Assembly: GCA_945903265.1 (NCBI GenBank)
Contig: CAMDNQ010000007.1
Span: forward strand, 26,111 to 90,110
Reading direction: 5' to 3'
Origin: Candidatus Sulfopaludibacter sp. SbA3
Lineage (GTDB): Bacteria; Acidobacteriota; Vicinamibacteria; Vicinamibacterales; UBA2999
DNA: 64,000 bases
Each line of letters starts with the position of its first letter. The first letter of the stretch is position 1. Shown here piece after piece: positions 62,958 to 64,000 of the stretch. The notes under the pieces were generated by a model that worked only from the letters and a program-made list of their open reading frames with translations, ran no database searches and was not told the origin of the DNA. Position numbers and translations under genes: made by a program.

Positions 62958-64000
62958 CTGGTCCAACCAAGGACCTCGTCTGACTTTTCGGATGCGTCTT
63001 GCACGGCGCGCAGCAGGACCCGCCCGGCCACAAACGCTCCGGTGACGCTGGCCGGATGAGCACCGACCGCGAACACATGGTGGGGGTAGTTGCGGTGCGC
63101 GCCGATGTACATCAGGCCGTCGGCGGTCTGGCCATACGGCGCGTCCCATCCGAGCTCGGGCCGGAGGCCGGAAATCGCCGGATAGCGCGTGAGCACCTCG
63201 TACATCAGCGCACCGGTTCGCTGCACGAGCGCCGCGTCGCGCTTTTTCTCAGGCATCGCGGGCTGGTCGCCGCCGGAGATCAGGAGCCGATCTTCGCGAA
63301 TGCCGATCTGCGGCGAGAGTCCCTCCAGATCGCGCAACAGCACGCGTGGATCGCCGAGCGCCTTTCGCATCGCCGCCGGCATAGCCTCAGTCAGCACCAT
63401 GTAGGACGCGCGGTCGTCGAGATGACGCTGCAGCGGCTTGTACACCTCGGTCATGCTGCCTGTCGCCACAATCACTTTCGCGGTGCGAATCTTCCCACCG
63501 TCGGCCAGCACCTCCGCGTATTTCCGCGTGAAGCGCACTTTTCGCACAGGCGATTTTTCGTAACAGACGGCTCGGGCGGCACGGGCCGCAGCAATGATCC
63601 CGATGCACGCACGATACGGATCCAGCGCGAATGCGTCGCGTGTCTTCAGGCCGCCGGCCGCCTCGAGCTTCAGCCGCGACAGCATCTGTTTGGGCAAGAG
63701 CCACGCTGCGTCGAGTCCAGCTTCCCGGCGTGCGTCGTGCTCCCGCCGGAGCTCGCGCTCGTTGTGGGTGGTCACGGCAGTGAATGTGTCGCGCGGTTCG
63801 ACGTCGCATTTGACGCGCAGCCGTTTCAGCAGCGCCACCCCATCGAGCGCGCCCTTCCGCCATGCGTCAAAAATCAGCCGGGCCGCGCGCAGGCCGTGCT
63901 GCGCGGCAACCGTCCGGAACAGCGGGCCCGGCTCCGGGGACATCATCCCCGCACCTCGAACCGTCTGCCCCAGGCCGATCCGATCCGCCTCGAGCAGAAT
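62954..64000 (-). CDS. DAO-family FAD-dependent oxidoreductase (5' end off-window)
   Basis: The reading frame stays open to the window edge (ILLEADRIGLGQTVRGAGMM...). No GxGxxG motif lies within the window, so the N-terminus is missing. C-terminal GAHRNYPHHVFAVGAHPASVTGAF. Confidence 0.6.
   Translation of the reverse strand: MLLEADRIGLGQTVRGAGMMSPEPGPLFRTVAAQHGLRAARLIFDAWRKGALDGVALLKRLRVKCDVEPRDTFTAVTTHNERELRREHDARREAGLDAAWLLPKQMLSRLKLEAAGGLKTRDAFALDPYRACIGIIAAARAARAVCYEKSPVRKVRFTRKYAEVLADGGKIRTAKVIVATGSMTEVYKPLQRHLDDRASYMVLTEAMPAAMRKALGDPRVLLRDLEGLSPQIGIREDRLLISGGDQPAMPEKKRDAALVQRTGALMYEVLTRYPAISGLRPELGWDAPYGQTADGLMYIGAHRNYPHHVFAVGAHPASVTGAFVAGRVLLRAVQDASEKSDEVLGWTR

Noticed and set aside
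1-64000. Prophage, integrative element, IS element, or rRNA/tRNA genes
   Set aside because: No integrase, transposase, phage structural protein or RNA gene signatures were recognised on either strand.

Overview
GC-rich bacterial chromosomal segment (about two-thirds G+C by eye, not computed). It carries about 62 tightly packed protein genes, many joined by 4-nt start/stop overlaps. The gene content suggests an Acidobacteriota- or Gemmatimonadota-like soil bacterium; this is inference only. That content includes CarboxypepD_reg-type TonB-like barrels, a DUF1800/DUF1501 pair, a GxxExxY gene, bacillithiol genes and PQQ-like propellers. Most of the window is housekeeping: sucA/sucB, type IIA topoisomerase A and B subunits, metK, modABC with a divergent regulator, an eight-gene hisIGDCBHFA operon, and bshA/bshB1. 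I saw no rRNA, tRNA, CRISPR array, transposase or integrase. The best candidates for something undescribed are listed below.
1. A translationally coupled five-gene operon: AFMID-like hydrolase, two CrtI/PYROXD2-like flavoproteins, a DinB/YfiT thiol transferase and a lone BMC-H microcompartment shell protein. No other BMC component is present in the 64 kb.
2. A type IIA topoisomerase operon whose A and B subunit genes are split by a gene encoding NYN, two LOTUS domains and a basic tail. That gene overlaps the B subunit start by 8 nt.
3. A His-rich leader peptide (5 consecutive His, 7 of 25 codons) with terminator and antiterminator pairing upstream of hisI.
4. A GxxExxY gene enclosed by inverted repeats of about 68 bp.
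5. 32-nt inverted repeats bracketing a 3.7-kb segment that holds a toxin-antitoxin pair and a decayed PaiB-like gene.
6. A metK gene sitting 47 nt behind an intrinsic terminator.
Many long ORFs in the six-frame track are antisense shadows typical of high-GC DNA and were rejected. All family assignments come from motif recognition by eye; no database search was run.
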